Both the position numbers and the translations under genes were made by a program. The notes below the pieces were generated by a model. It was not told the origin of the DNA and did no database searches. It worked only from the letters and a program-made list of their open reading frames with translations. From Macrostomum hystrix (lineage: Eukaryota > Animalia > Platyhelminthes), in the NCBI GenBank assembly GCA_950097015.1, contig CATNEN010000028.1, positions 124,001 through 188,000 of the forward strand: 64,000 bases of DNA. The letters run 5' to 3'. This document shows positions 1 to 11,300 of the stretch, piece after piece (position 1 is the first letter of the stretch; each line of letters starts with the position of its first letter).

Positions 1-2
1 CT

Positions 3-1134
3 TCAGTGGTGCGTGACCGTCAAGGTATGCGACTCGAAGCCAGGCTCCGGCTCCGGTCGAAACGGCGCCTCGACGAAGACCCGACCGTCGCTGCGCAGTC
101 GGGCCGACATGCGGGTCAGGTCGAGGCCGGCTGGCAGGTCGAATTCGTCGCGAAACTCCCTGAAGGAGGTCTTGCCGGCACTGCGAGCCTGCCGCTGAGC
201 GTGGATGACCAGGCGACTGCCCGAGTCCGTTGTGGCCACGCGCAGGTCATTGGCGGTGAATTCACCGCGACCTAGGTCCAGCTCCAGCTGGTAGATGTTG
301 ATTCGCTTGAGTGCCGAGTGCTGATTCTGATGCAGCTGCTGCTGTTGCTGCTGAGAAGCTGATTGCTGCGTCTGTCGCTGAGCGCCACCACCTGAAGCCG
401 GAACTGCCGAGCTGCTCTTGCCGGTCGGTAGCAGCGGCGCGGACAGCATCAGCTGGCCGTTCACCACCACGGAGCGCAGCTGGCTGGTGTCCACGCCGTC
501 AGGCAGTGCGAACTGTTCGTCGAACGAGACGCTCGTCCGTTTCCCGGCACCTGCGTCTGATAGGCTAGCCCGGCCGGACACCTGGCAATGAAACACGTGA
601 CACGTCTTTTTGGCCAGAGCTTTGAATGCTGTAAATGGAGTCTTCACAGTAAGAGACCGTCTTTACGCCTGTTGCCTTGTAAGGCTAGGAGGTTGTAGCA
701 TTGCGGTTAGAGCGTCAAACTTACGACTCGAAGGTGGGGGTTCGATTCCCGACTCCACTGGAAAAAATAGTGCCTAATTAATGTCACCCAGCAGTAGCGA
801 AAAAAGATAAACAGTAGCGAATTTATTCTGCTTTCTAATTAGAAAATCTGTTGAACGAAACGAAAAACGGTTTTTGCGGGGAGTTGTCTCTCGAAATCTC
901 ACGAATTCCGCTCACCTGAACTGTCCTGTCGCCAATAAGGCTGATGCGCAGGTCGTCAGGCCCGTAGCCGTGGACGTCGAAAACTGCCCGGTAGAGCAGT
1001 GACCCGTCTGGCTGCTTCTCTACGTGGCCCCGGACCGCTCCGGCGCCGCTGTTGACTTGCGGATGCGACGTCGCACTGCCGTCCGCGGTTCGTTTACCGT
1101 CGCCTTCGAGGCGTCGAAAGAAATCGTTGATCAT
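3..1134 (-). CDS. Small heat-shock protein with two alpha-crystallin domains (p40/Tsp36-like); exons 916..1134 and 3..581
   Basis: Exon 1 YRAVFDVHGYGPDDLRISL..TVQ ends at CAG|gtgagc (916). Exon 2 starts at ccag|GTG TCC GGC (581) and completes ACD1 (SFDEQFALPDGVD..LMLSAP), then a Gln-rich linker and ACD2 (LELDL..FTANDLRV..FREFRDEFDLPAGLD..DGRVFVEAP). Stop at 3-5. Confidence 0.85.
688..762 (+). mobile_element. tRNA-derived SINE head / pseudo-tRNA in the sHSP intron
   Basis: A-box-like TAGCATTGCGGTTAGAG and B-box GGTTCGATTCC, with poor acceptor-stem pairing. The 3' half (GAAGGTNGGGG..TTCGATTCCCGACTNCANTGG) recurs on the minus strand at 47041-47112. Confidence 0.6.
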
Positions 1135-1289
1135 GGCCAGATGGAACAGCTGCCCAGAAGTTGTGCTGACGGCAGCCTTTGAACTTTTTAAAGAGTTTTT
1201 AATCTGTGCCTTTATTAGATTCTGCGAGTTAGGACTTAGGAGTCAATTAAGGCAGCTGACAATGAGATAATCTGGTTGTGAAAGTTTGG

Positions 1290-1790
1290 GAGTCAGGAGC
1301 GGAAGTTGAGAGTCAGGAGCGGAAGTTGAGAGGGTCAGGAGCGGAAGTTGAGAGTCAGGAGCGGAAGTTGAGAGTCAGCAGCGGAAGTTGAGAGTCAGGA
1401 GCGGAAGTTGAGAGTCAGCAGCGGAAGTTAAGAGTCAGGAGCAGAAGTTGAGAGTCAGGAGCGGAAGTTGAGAGTCAGGAGCGGAAGTTGAGAGTCAGGA
1501 GCGGAAGTTGAGAGGGTCAGGAGCGGAAGTTGAGAGTCAGGAGCGGAAGTTGAGAGTCAGGAGCGGAAGTTGAGAGTCAGGAGCGGAAGTTGAGAGTCAG
1601 GAGCAGAAGTTGAGAGTCAGCAGCGGAAGTTGAGAGGGTCAGGAGCGGAAGTTGAGAGTCAGGAGCGGAAGTTGAGAGTCAGGAGCGGAAGTTGAGAGTC
1701 AGGAGAGGTAGCAGAGAGTCAGAGAGACATTTGTGAGTCAGGAGATAAAGCTAAGAGTCAGCAGAGATATGTAAGAGCCAGGAGAAGTAG
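1290..1790. repeat. 20-bp minisatellite (GAGTCAGGAGCGGAAGTTGA), about 20 copies plus degenerate tail
   Basis: Directly visible tandem array upstream of the sHSP start codon. Confidence 0.95.
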
Positions 1791-2879
1791 TTGAAAGTGT
1801 GATGAGTTTTTTTCAAAAAAAATCAGAAAAAGAAACCTACAACACGATCTCTGGAAGCGCAGCCTTTCTCTAGGAGACAATCGCAAGCTTCCAGTCCTTC
1901 TCTCTGTTTTTTTGCTGCACTTTCTCCAAGATACTTGATTTTGGCAAAGCCTTGCAGGAGGCGGTCTAACTACTGCGCCGCACAGGCCTGCCGAGCCAAA
2001 GTCAAACTTGCCAAATAAAGTGAGGGATGAACGACCTCGCTTAGAAGAAAGCGGAGAACGATGGGCTTAGATGAGGAATTAAGGTAGTCAGGCTGGGAGG
2101 CTGGGAAGTGTACAGTTAGTTGGAAGCCGCCGAAACGATATGTAGGAATTGCGTCCGCTGAAACAGCGCTTCCCGCAGTTATCCGCATGGCAGCGCACCG
2201 CGTACAGCCCCGATGGCTAACGAACCCGGGCCGCCTCCCCTCCGACAGCTGAAAACGGTTCGGGCGCGTCCTGCAGCTTGTTACTACACGTCGTCCATTG
2301 GTTGGGGGGGGATAAATGCCCCAGGATAAGCGGCCGCGAAAAACTTTGCCTGATCGTCGACGCGAAGTCCAATACGGAAAAACTGCAAAAAAGCGAAGGG
2401 GGTTTTCTCTTCCCCTGCTCCTTAGCCCGATATGTACAGCCTCTATATTTCTCCACCTATCTAGGATTTTCGCTGGCATTCGTACAGACGTTTGATAAGC
2501 ATTATCTCTCGGACCAGTGTGGTCAATCCATAGCATTAACTCTATGAATAGATATCATTTTACCGTAGAATTAGTTTCCTCTGAATTAATGAATGTGCCT
2601 CTCCTACCAACCCATATTTCTGCTTCCAGAGCCACTCCGTCCGGTCGGTTGGCAAGCGCGCAATTTGTAGCAATTTCGCTATATTTTGCTGAGAAAATAA
2701 CTTCAATCAGTGTTGCACCTCCTGACCATATTATTGCATATTTTCTGCGAGACTTCTTAATTTAAATATTAATTACTTTTTACGCGCTTCTGATGCCTTT
2801 GAACTCAATGATTTTATTTTTTCAACGCATTCTATATTATACGAGTAGGTACTGATTTACGAGTAATTTCGCGTTTGTG

Positions 2880-5155
2880 CTTGGGATTATCGAAGAGCCT
2901 TTGGGATTAAAGAAGAGCCTTTGGGATTAATGAAGAGTCTCTGGTATTAAAGAAGAGACTTTGGGATTGAAGAAGAGACTTTGGGATTAAAGAAGAGACT
3001 TTGGGATTGAAGAAGAGCCTTTGGGATTAAAGAAGAGACTTTGGGATTATCGAAGAGCCTTTGGGATTAAAGAAGAGCCTTTGGGATTAATGAAGAGTCT
3101 CTGGTATTAAAGAAGAGACTTTGGGATTGAAGAAGAGACTTTGGGATTAAAGAAGAGACTTTGGGATTGAAGAAGAGCCTTTGGGATTAAAGAAGAGACT
3201 TTGGGATTAAAGAAGAGACTTTGGGATTAAAGAAGAGCCTTTGGGATTAAAGAAGAGACTTTGGGATTGAAGAAGAGCCTTTGGGATTAAAGAAGAGACT
3301 TTGGGATTAAAGAAGAGACTTTGGGATTAAAGAAGAGACTTTGGGATTGAAGAAGAGACTTTGGGATTGAAGAAGAGCCTTTGGGATTAAAGAAGAGACT
3401 TTGGGATTGAAGAAGAGACTTTGGGATTAAAGAAGAGCCTTTGGGATTAAAGAAGAGACTTTGGGATTGAAGAAGAGCCTTTGGGATTAAAGAAGAGACT
3501 TTGGGATTAAAGAAGAGACTTTGGGATTAAAGAAGAGACTTTGGGATTAAAGAAGAGACTTTGGGATTAAAGAAGAGACTTTGGGATTAAAGAAGAGACT
3601 TTGGGATTGAAGAAGAGCCTTTGGGATTAAAGAAGAGACTTTGGGATTAAAGAAGAGACTTTGGGATTAAAGAAGAGACTTTGAGATTTAAGAAGAGCCT
3701 TTGGGATTAAAGAAGAGACTTTGGGATTGAAGAAGAGACTTTGGGATTGAAGAAGAGACTTTGGGATTGAAGAAGAGACTTTGGGATTGAAGAAGCGCCT
3801 TTGGGATTAAAGAATTGAGACTTTGGGATTAAAGAAGAGACTTTGGGATTGAAGAAGAGACTTTGGGATTAAAGAAGAGACTTTGGGATTGAAGAAGAGC
3901 CTTTGGGATTAAAGAAGAGACTTTGGGATTAAAGAAGAGACTTTGGGATTGAAGAAGAGCCTTTGGGATTAAAGAAGAGACTTTGGGATTAAAGAAGAGA
4001 CTTTGGGATTAAAGAAGAGACTTTGAGATTTAAGAAGAGCCTTTGGGATTAAAGAAGAGACTTTGGGATTGAAGAAGAGACTTTGGGATTGAAGAAGAGA
4101 CTTTGGGATTGAAGAAGAGCCTTTGGGATTAAAGAAGAGACTTTGGGATTAAAGAAGAGACTTTGGGATTAAAGAAGAGCCTTTGGGATTAAAGAAGAGA
4201 CTTTGGGATTAAAGAAGAGCCTTTGGGATTAAAGAAGAGACTTTAGGATTGAAGAAGAGACTCTGGGATTAAAGAAGTCTCTGGTATTAAAGAAGAGACT
4301 TTGGGATTAAAGAAGAGACTCTGGGATTAAAGAAGAGAGTTTGGGATTAAAGAAAAGACTTTAGGATTAAAGAAGAGACTTTGGGATTAAAGAAGAGACT
4401 TTGGGATTAATGAAGAGACTTTAGGATTAATGAAGAGACTTTGGGATTAAAGAATTGAGACTTTGGGATTGAAGAAGAGCCTTTGGGATTGAAGAAGAGA
4501 CTTTGGGATTAAGGAAGAGACTTTGGGATTAAGGAAGAGACTTTGGGATTGAAGAAGAGACTTTGGGGTTAAAGAAGAGCCTTTGGGATTAAAGAAGAGA
4601 CTTTGGGATTAAAGAATTGAGACTTTGGGATTAAAGAAGAGACTTTGGGATTAATGAAGAGACTTTAGGATTAATGAAGAGACTTTGGGATTAAAGAAGA
4701 GACTTTGGGATTGAAGAAGAGACTTTGGGATTAAAGAAGAGACTTTGGGATTAAAGAAGAGACTTTGGGATTGAAGAAGAGCCTTTGGGATTGAAGAAGA
4801 GACTTTGGGATTGAATAAGAGACTTTGGGATTAAAGAAGAGACTTTGGGATTAAAGAAGAGACTATGGGATTGAAGAAGAGCCTTTGGGATTAAAGAAGA
4901 GACTTTGGGATTAAAGAAGAGACTTTGGGATTAAAGAAGAGACTTTGGGATTGAAGAAGAGACTTTGGGATTAAAGAAGAGACTTTGGGATTGAAGAAGA
5001 GCCTTTGGGATTAAAGAATTGAGACTTTGGGATTGAAGAAGAGACTTTGGGATTGAAGAAGAGCCTTTGGGATTAAAGAAGAGACTTTGGGATTGAAGAA
5101 GAGCCTTTGGGATTGAAGAAGAGCCTTTGGGATTGAAGAAGAGACTTTTGGATCA
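2880..5155. repeat. 20-bp minisatellite (CTTTGGGATTAAAGAAGAGA), about 110 copies
   Basis: Directly visible 2.3-kb tandem array with A/G and A/C variants, between the sHSP gene and the ERG 3' end. Confidence 0.97.
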
Positions 5156-5348
5156 AAAGAGTGATTTCGATATTAAAGGATTGGTTTAGGATCGAGGGAG
5201 AAGGACTTAAATTGAAGGAGCGACAATTTGAGGTTGTCTGAATACCGCCCATATGAATAGTACGAGTTACATGTTGCCAGCTTTGTAATGAGTGATTTCA
5301 CAGTTAAAGTCGAACGACCCTATTGAGATTATTGAACTCGTTGGCTTC

Positions 5349-8300
5349 CTAATGCGAGATCCGCCGCATCTCTCGTAAGCGACCGCCGACATCCGGCTGA
5401 TCGTCTCTGTCACTCTCGTCAGTGCCATCCGCGGTGTCAGAGTGACCAACAGTGGCCGGCTGCCGGCGCTGTTCCTCTCCGCCGCCAAGCAGCAGCAGCA
5501 CTGTGCTCAGGTCGGTCTCAAGCTTGGCCTCCAGCCTGTCCAGGTGCTCCTCTAGTGAGGCCACCTTGGCGTAGAGCAGCTCAAGAGCGGCGGCCGACTC
5601 GCAGGTTGTCGAATCGGGCGGTGGTTGTGGCATTGTCGATGACTTCACAGCGGCCGTCGATGTAATCACGGTTGACGCTTGTGTGTCCTGACTGGCTTGG
5701 CTGGCTGAACGGACCGTCTCCGCCGTTTGATGATGCGGCTGCTGCGGGTTTGTCAGTGTCTGATGCCAAACATTCAGCATCTGATGCCAAACATTCAGCA
5801 TCCGATGTCAAACATTCAGCATATCTGTTGTCAAACATTCAGCATCTGATGCCAAACATTCAGCATCCGATGTCAAACATTCAGCATCTGTTGTCAAACA
5901 TTCAGCGACAGATGCCAAACATTTAGCATCTGGTGTCAAGCATTCAGTGTCTGATGTCAACCAAGCGACAACTGACCTGCCCAAACATCATGCTCTGCAG
6001 AGTGCTGACAGCCCTGTGCGCCAGTCCTCCACCCGAGCTCCCTTGGTCAGCTGCGCCGCCAGCGTCGCCGAAGTCAAAGTTCGCCGGTGTCACGTCGCGA
6101 CCCGCCTTAGCCGGCGAGAATTCCAAAATTCCGCCGCCGCTGACCGACCAGCCGGTCGCTGAAGCTGAAGACGGCGGTGCCAGGAGGAATCTACCGGCGA
6201 CGGCGGAGGCTGCGTCGCTGGTGGCGGCGGTGCCGACGGCTGCGGCTGCAGAAGCGGCGACGGGCTCCGTGGAGTCGCGCAGATTAGCCCAGCTTTTTCG
6301 TTGCCGTCCAACTGGCTTCGTGTTAGTCGCAGACTGTGACGGAGGCGGAGGCGGAGGGGCTGGTACAGCTGGCTTCAGTGACGAAGTTCCAGACATGCCG
6401 AAGAGGAGGCGGCTGCCTTGGCTTCGCGCGGCCTCCGCCATCATTCGAGCTACCGCGGACACGGGCGACTGGGGCGCCGATTTGCCGCAGCTGCCACTTC
6501 GGCCAGAGGAGGCATCCTGGTGGAGGGGCTGATGGGCCGACGCGTCCAACGAGCGCTCTGGATGATTAGACGGGAAAATGTGTCCCTCAGGAAGAGACTG
6601 CGTCACCTGAGAGAGAGATGCATCACTCAGGGAGAGACTGTGTCACTCCGGGAGAGACTGTGTCACTCTGGGAGAGACTGTGTCACTCTGGGAGAGACTG
6701 TGTCACTCCGGGAGAGACTGTGTCACTCCGGGAGAGACTGTGTCACTCTGGGAGAGACTGTGTCACTCCGGGAGAGACTGTGTCACTCCGGGAGAGACTG
6801 TGTCACTCAGAGAATTGCCACTGACAAAACCGTTGCAAGATCGCTGCTCACTTCTCGGCGTTGTTGGTCCAGAAAGCGACAGCTCCTCGTCTCTTAAATC
6901 GAAGGTGATCTCCAGGTTGCGAACAAAGTTCTCAGCAAAGCCCGGGTACATTTCTAGCGTCTCCAGCAGGTCGTCCCGCTGGATCTTGTGCAGATCGCAG
7001 TAGGTTAATGCGCGCACGTTGCAGCGTGACTTGCCGACGGTCTCGTGGGCGCAGGGAAGCTCTCCGAAGGTGTCATCCTTGCCCAGGATGGCAAGCACAG
7101 TGTCCTCCTTCAAGATCTCGATGCTGCCTCTGGTTTGGCAAGTTAGAAGCTAAGTATTAGAAAACCAAGCTTTTGGCAAAACTAATTACTAACAAAGTCC
7201 TCGCTAATCAATCTACAAAACAAAGACCTCGCCAAACAGTCTAAAATGTACTAACTGAACTCAAGGAGAAACACGTAAAATGCTGAAGCCGCAGAGAACC
7301 CGGTCAAGAGATCAGACACTGACCTGGCAACAAAGTAGAGCGCGCTGAGAATGTCGCCGCGGTGCACCAGGATGTCTCCTGGAGGCACGTGCGTCGACTT
7401 AAACTTCATCGACAGGGTGCGCAGACACCCTGGACTGGCCTCGCGGAAGGCTGGACAGTTTCGGAGCAGATTTCGGTTCAGGTGAAGGCAGATGTCCGCC
7501 TGCAGGCACTCGGGGAAGCCCTTCAGGACGAGGTTCATGTCGATGCCGTTGGTGTAGGACCAAGCGTGCTGGAAGTACTCCTCGAGGCGCTGCCGCAGCG
7601 GGTTGGGGATCTGGTGGAAGCGGATGAACTCCCGCACCCGCAGCATCTGGGTGTGGTAGCGTGCCGTGCCGCTGTACAACCGCTGAATGATCGCCGAGAC
7701 GTTACCGAAGATGCTGGCGTACATGAGGCTGCCGATGAGCATCACGCAGATGCTGAACACTTTCTCCATGTTAGTGTTCGGCGACACATTGCCAAAGCCA
7801 ACAGACGTCAGGCTGGAGAATGTGAAGTAGAGTGCTGTGATGTACTTGGACTTCAGAGATGGGCCTGAACCGCTGTCATTCGTTCTGTAGTGCTGCTGAG
7901 TCTGCAGAATTGAGGGACGGTTGAAAGCATGCTGTGGTGGGTGCTGAAATCCACATATTTTGGAAAATACTCGGTCCCGACAAAGTTTCGAATGGCTTTA
8001 GGAGCCACTATCGAATTGGAACCGCACGATTTAGGCATTTTAACAAAAAAAATGTGAACGCACTGCATTAGCTCTTCTATGCCAGCTCTGCTTCAGAAAT
8101 TTACGATCGATAATAAAATATAAAATGATCAAAGATATAAAGTCGTTAGTCTACGAGTACTACCCTTCTTTAGTCTAAGTCGAAATAATCGTAGTTTCGT
8201 AATTAGAGTTGATCGTAGTTGATAGTAATAAGTCTAAACTAAATCTAACCCGCTTCGAGAAATCGGACAAGCAGACCTGCTCAGCCAGCTGATCCAGCCA

Positions 8301-11300
8301 TCCGATTGGCTGCGGCAAATTTGGCCGCTCAATATTGCCGATGGCGTACCAGATGCAAGCCAGCCAATGAGCGATTAGCGCGAATGTGGCCATGAGGAGC
8401 AGCAGAACTGCGGCGCCGTACTCCGAGTAGCGATCTAACTTGCGTGCCACGCGGACCAGTCGGAGCAGGCGGGCAGTTTTCAACAGGCCAATCAGAGTGG
8501 TCGGCTAGAGTGAAAATGGCCGAGAGGTATTCGCGTGGATTTCTTATTTTAACTTTTTTCGTTTCCCATAAGCACGACTGCACAAGTTTATGTCCTTGAA
8601 GCATGTGAAAACCTTGTTTTTTTACTCGTATTTTAATAGGGATACTCTTAGAGGCTACTAACAGTATCATGAATAGCATTTTTGTCGTTTTTGATGAAAA
8701 TTGGATTTCTTCTCAAACAGGACTGTGGACAGGTGACAGTTACTAGTTTTTTTCCATCGTGGAGTATGAGATATATGAAATAGTGTTTCGATTCTCTCTG
8801 CAGTACCGTACTTTAATATTTTTACGAAATCAACCCTTTATTTAGACGCAATCAGTGTACAGTACTTTTTCTGTGCACTTTATTCGACTTCGACCACAAT
8901 TTTTTTTCCAAGGTCTTTTAGTTCAGTTTGCGTCAGTCGACTAAAAGTGCAAAAAGTATGCAACAATCTTGAATCGCAGATATTGGCTAGTGGCTAGCAA
9001 AGTTTTCCGTCTCGCTTTTTTAATTCATCGCCACAAAAAACTTCACTTCTGTTCCCACAGGTATTTGTAGTGTACACTTGTTTACGAATCATGCACTATT
9101 AGCGGTTCTGGCTTCATTTAATTTCGACGAAAAGTCCTGACTGACACTGGAAAGAATTCCATCGCAATGATCAGTGTTCATTTCGTTATGATCTTTGGTA
9201 GAGAACACTAGAAATAGTCTAGAACGGCACAAACCTCATCTGTCTCCGAGCCCCACAGGAGCAGATCAAACGGAATAGCCGCAACCACGTCAATAAGGAA
9301 CCAGCCTTTGAAGTAGTGCACGGCGATACGGCCAGGGTGCGAGACGACCTCGTCATTTTTATTCACATAAGTGGTGCGAAAGTTGATCAGAATGTCCACA
9401 ATGAACATTACGTCTACGATTATGTCAATTATGGTTAGAGGATTTGTGTAGTCCAGGCTGTGATGGTAGCGCTGAAATTGTTGTATCACAATGATGCGCG
9501 TTGCCTTAAATACCCATGCACGAATAAAACTTGCGCATGCTGCTTAGTAGGAATCATGAAACTCGCGCATAAACCGATCACATGCAACACGCACACATCT
9601 GTGTCACACTTTAGAGACACATTGGACACTCGTTCATCAAACAAAAGTATACTTACGAGAGACAAATCGTTGTGTTAACTCATTAATGGAGGACATGTAC
9701 AGAAACATATCGGTGACACTCATTAATGGAGGACATGTACAGAAACATATCGGTGACACTCATTAATGGAGGACATGTACAGAAACATATCGGTGACACT
9801 CATTAATGGAGGACATGTACAGAAACATATCGGTGACACTCATTAATGGAGGACATGTACAGAAACATATCGGTGACACTCATTAATGGAGGACATGTAC
9901 AGAAACATATCGGTGACACTCATTAATGGAGGACATGTACAGAAACATATCGGTGACACTCATTAATGGAGGACATGTACAGAAACATATCGGTGACACT
10001 CATTAATGGAGGACATGTACAGAAACATATCGGTGACACTCATTAATGGAGGACATGTACAGAAACATATCGGTGACACTCATTAATGGAGGACATGTAC
10101 AGAAACATATCGGTGACACTCATTAATGGAGGACATGTACAGAAACATATCGGTGACACTCATTAATGGAGGACATGTACAGAAACATATCGGTGACACT
10201 CATTAATGGAGGACATGTACAGAAACATATCGGTGACACTCATTAATGGAGGACATGTACAGAAACATATCGGTGACACTCATTAATGGAGGACATGTAC
10301 AGAAACATATCGGTGACACTCATTAATGGAGGACATGTACAGAAACATATCGGTGACACTCATTAATGGAGGACATGTACAGAAACATATCGATGACACT
10401 CATTCAATGGAAAACATGTACAGAAACATATCGGTGACAATCATTCAATGGAACACATGTACCAGAAACACATCTGTGACGCTCATTCAATGGAACACAT
10501 GTACCAGAAACACATCTATGACGCTTATTCAACGGAACACATGTACCAGAAACACATCTGTGACGCTCATTCAATGGAACACATGTACCAGAAACACATC
10601 TATGACGCTTATTCAACGTGTAACACGCGGTGTTTGGCGGTGTGAAACCAGATTCTACGAAGGCCCCGTGAGGCCGTGCTTGTTGTATTTATGTCAGTTG
10701 CGATTACGTAATCAGCGATGTACAGTAATGAACGATGTTAAACGAACGAACAGCAAATACGATAGAATGATTCAGCAAATTATTAGAAAGATTGTTAACA
10801 TTCAAAAACTGCCTCAAAGGCTAGGAATAAAAACCGTTACATTTCTCCCCCGCGAAACAATAGACGATCTGAATCGCAAAATTGAAAACGCAGAACCAGT
10901 TAAAAAAACACATTCACAGTCTCTAAACAGTCTCTGATCAGTCTCTGAACAGTCCATCGCTCTCCGCTCATTCACCGCTCACACCGAAGAAGTCCGGAGG
11001 TCGCCTCTCCCGCTCCGGGTACCGCCGCTCGGCCTGGCGGGTCTCAGACGCGACCTCGTGGGACACCGGCTGCTGGCGGAGCTGCTCGGTGTCAGGCAGG
11101 GCTACAAACCGCCTTCGCAGCCGGTTCACGTGCACCCAGCGGACCGGTCGGTTGCCGAAGGCGCGGCGGATGCACACCGAGTGGCCGCGCTGCTCGAGCA
11201 CCGTCCAGCCAGGCTCCCAGTAGGGCGCGAGCTTCGAGCGCCGCATCTCGATGCTGAGCAGCACCTCGGCGCCTTGCGGGAACTGCGGCAGGTCCGCCGC

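Noticed and set aside
688-762. Functional tRNA-Val(TAC)
   Set aside because: Acceptor and anticodon stems pair poorly and a diverged sister copy has a SINE-like body, so it is treated as a SINE head.
1135-1960. Heat-shock elements upstream of the sHSP gene
   Set aside because: Only isolated GAA/TTC half-sites; no convincing triple nGAAn array.
1970-2560. GC-richer patch with 188-aa and 79-aa ORFs
   Set aside because: No recognisable domain, splice context or termini; left unassigned.
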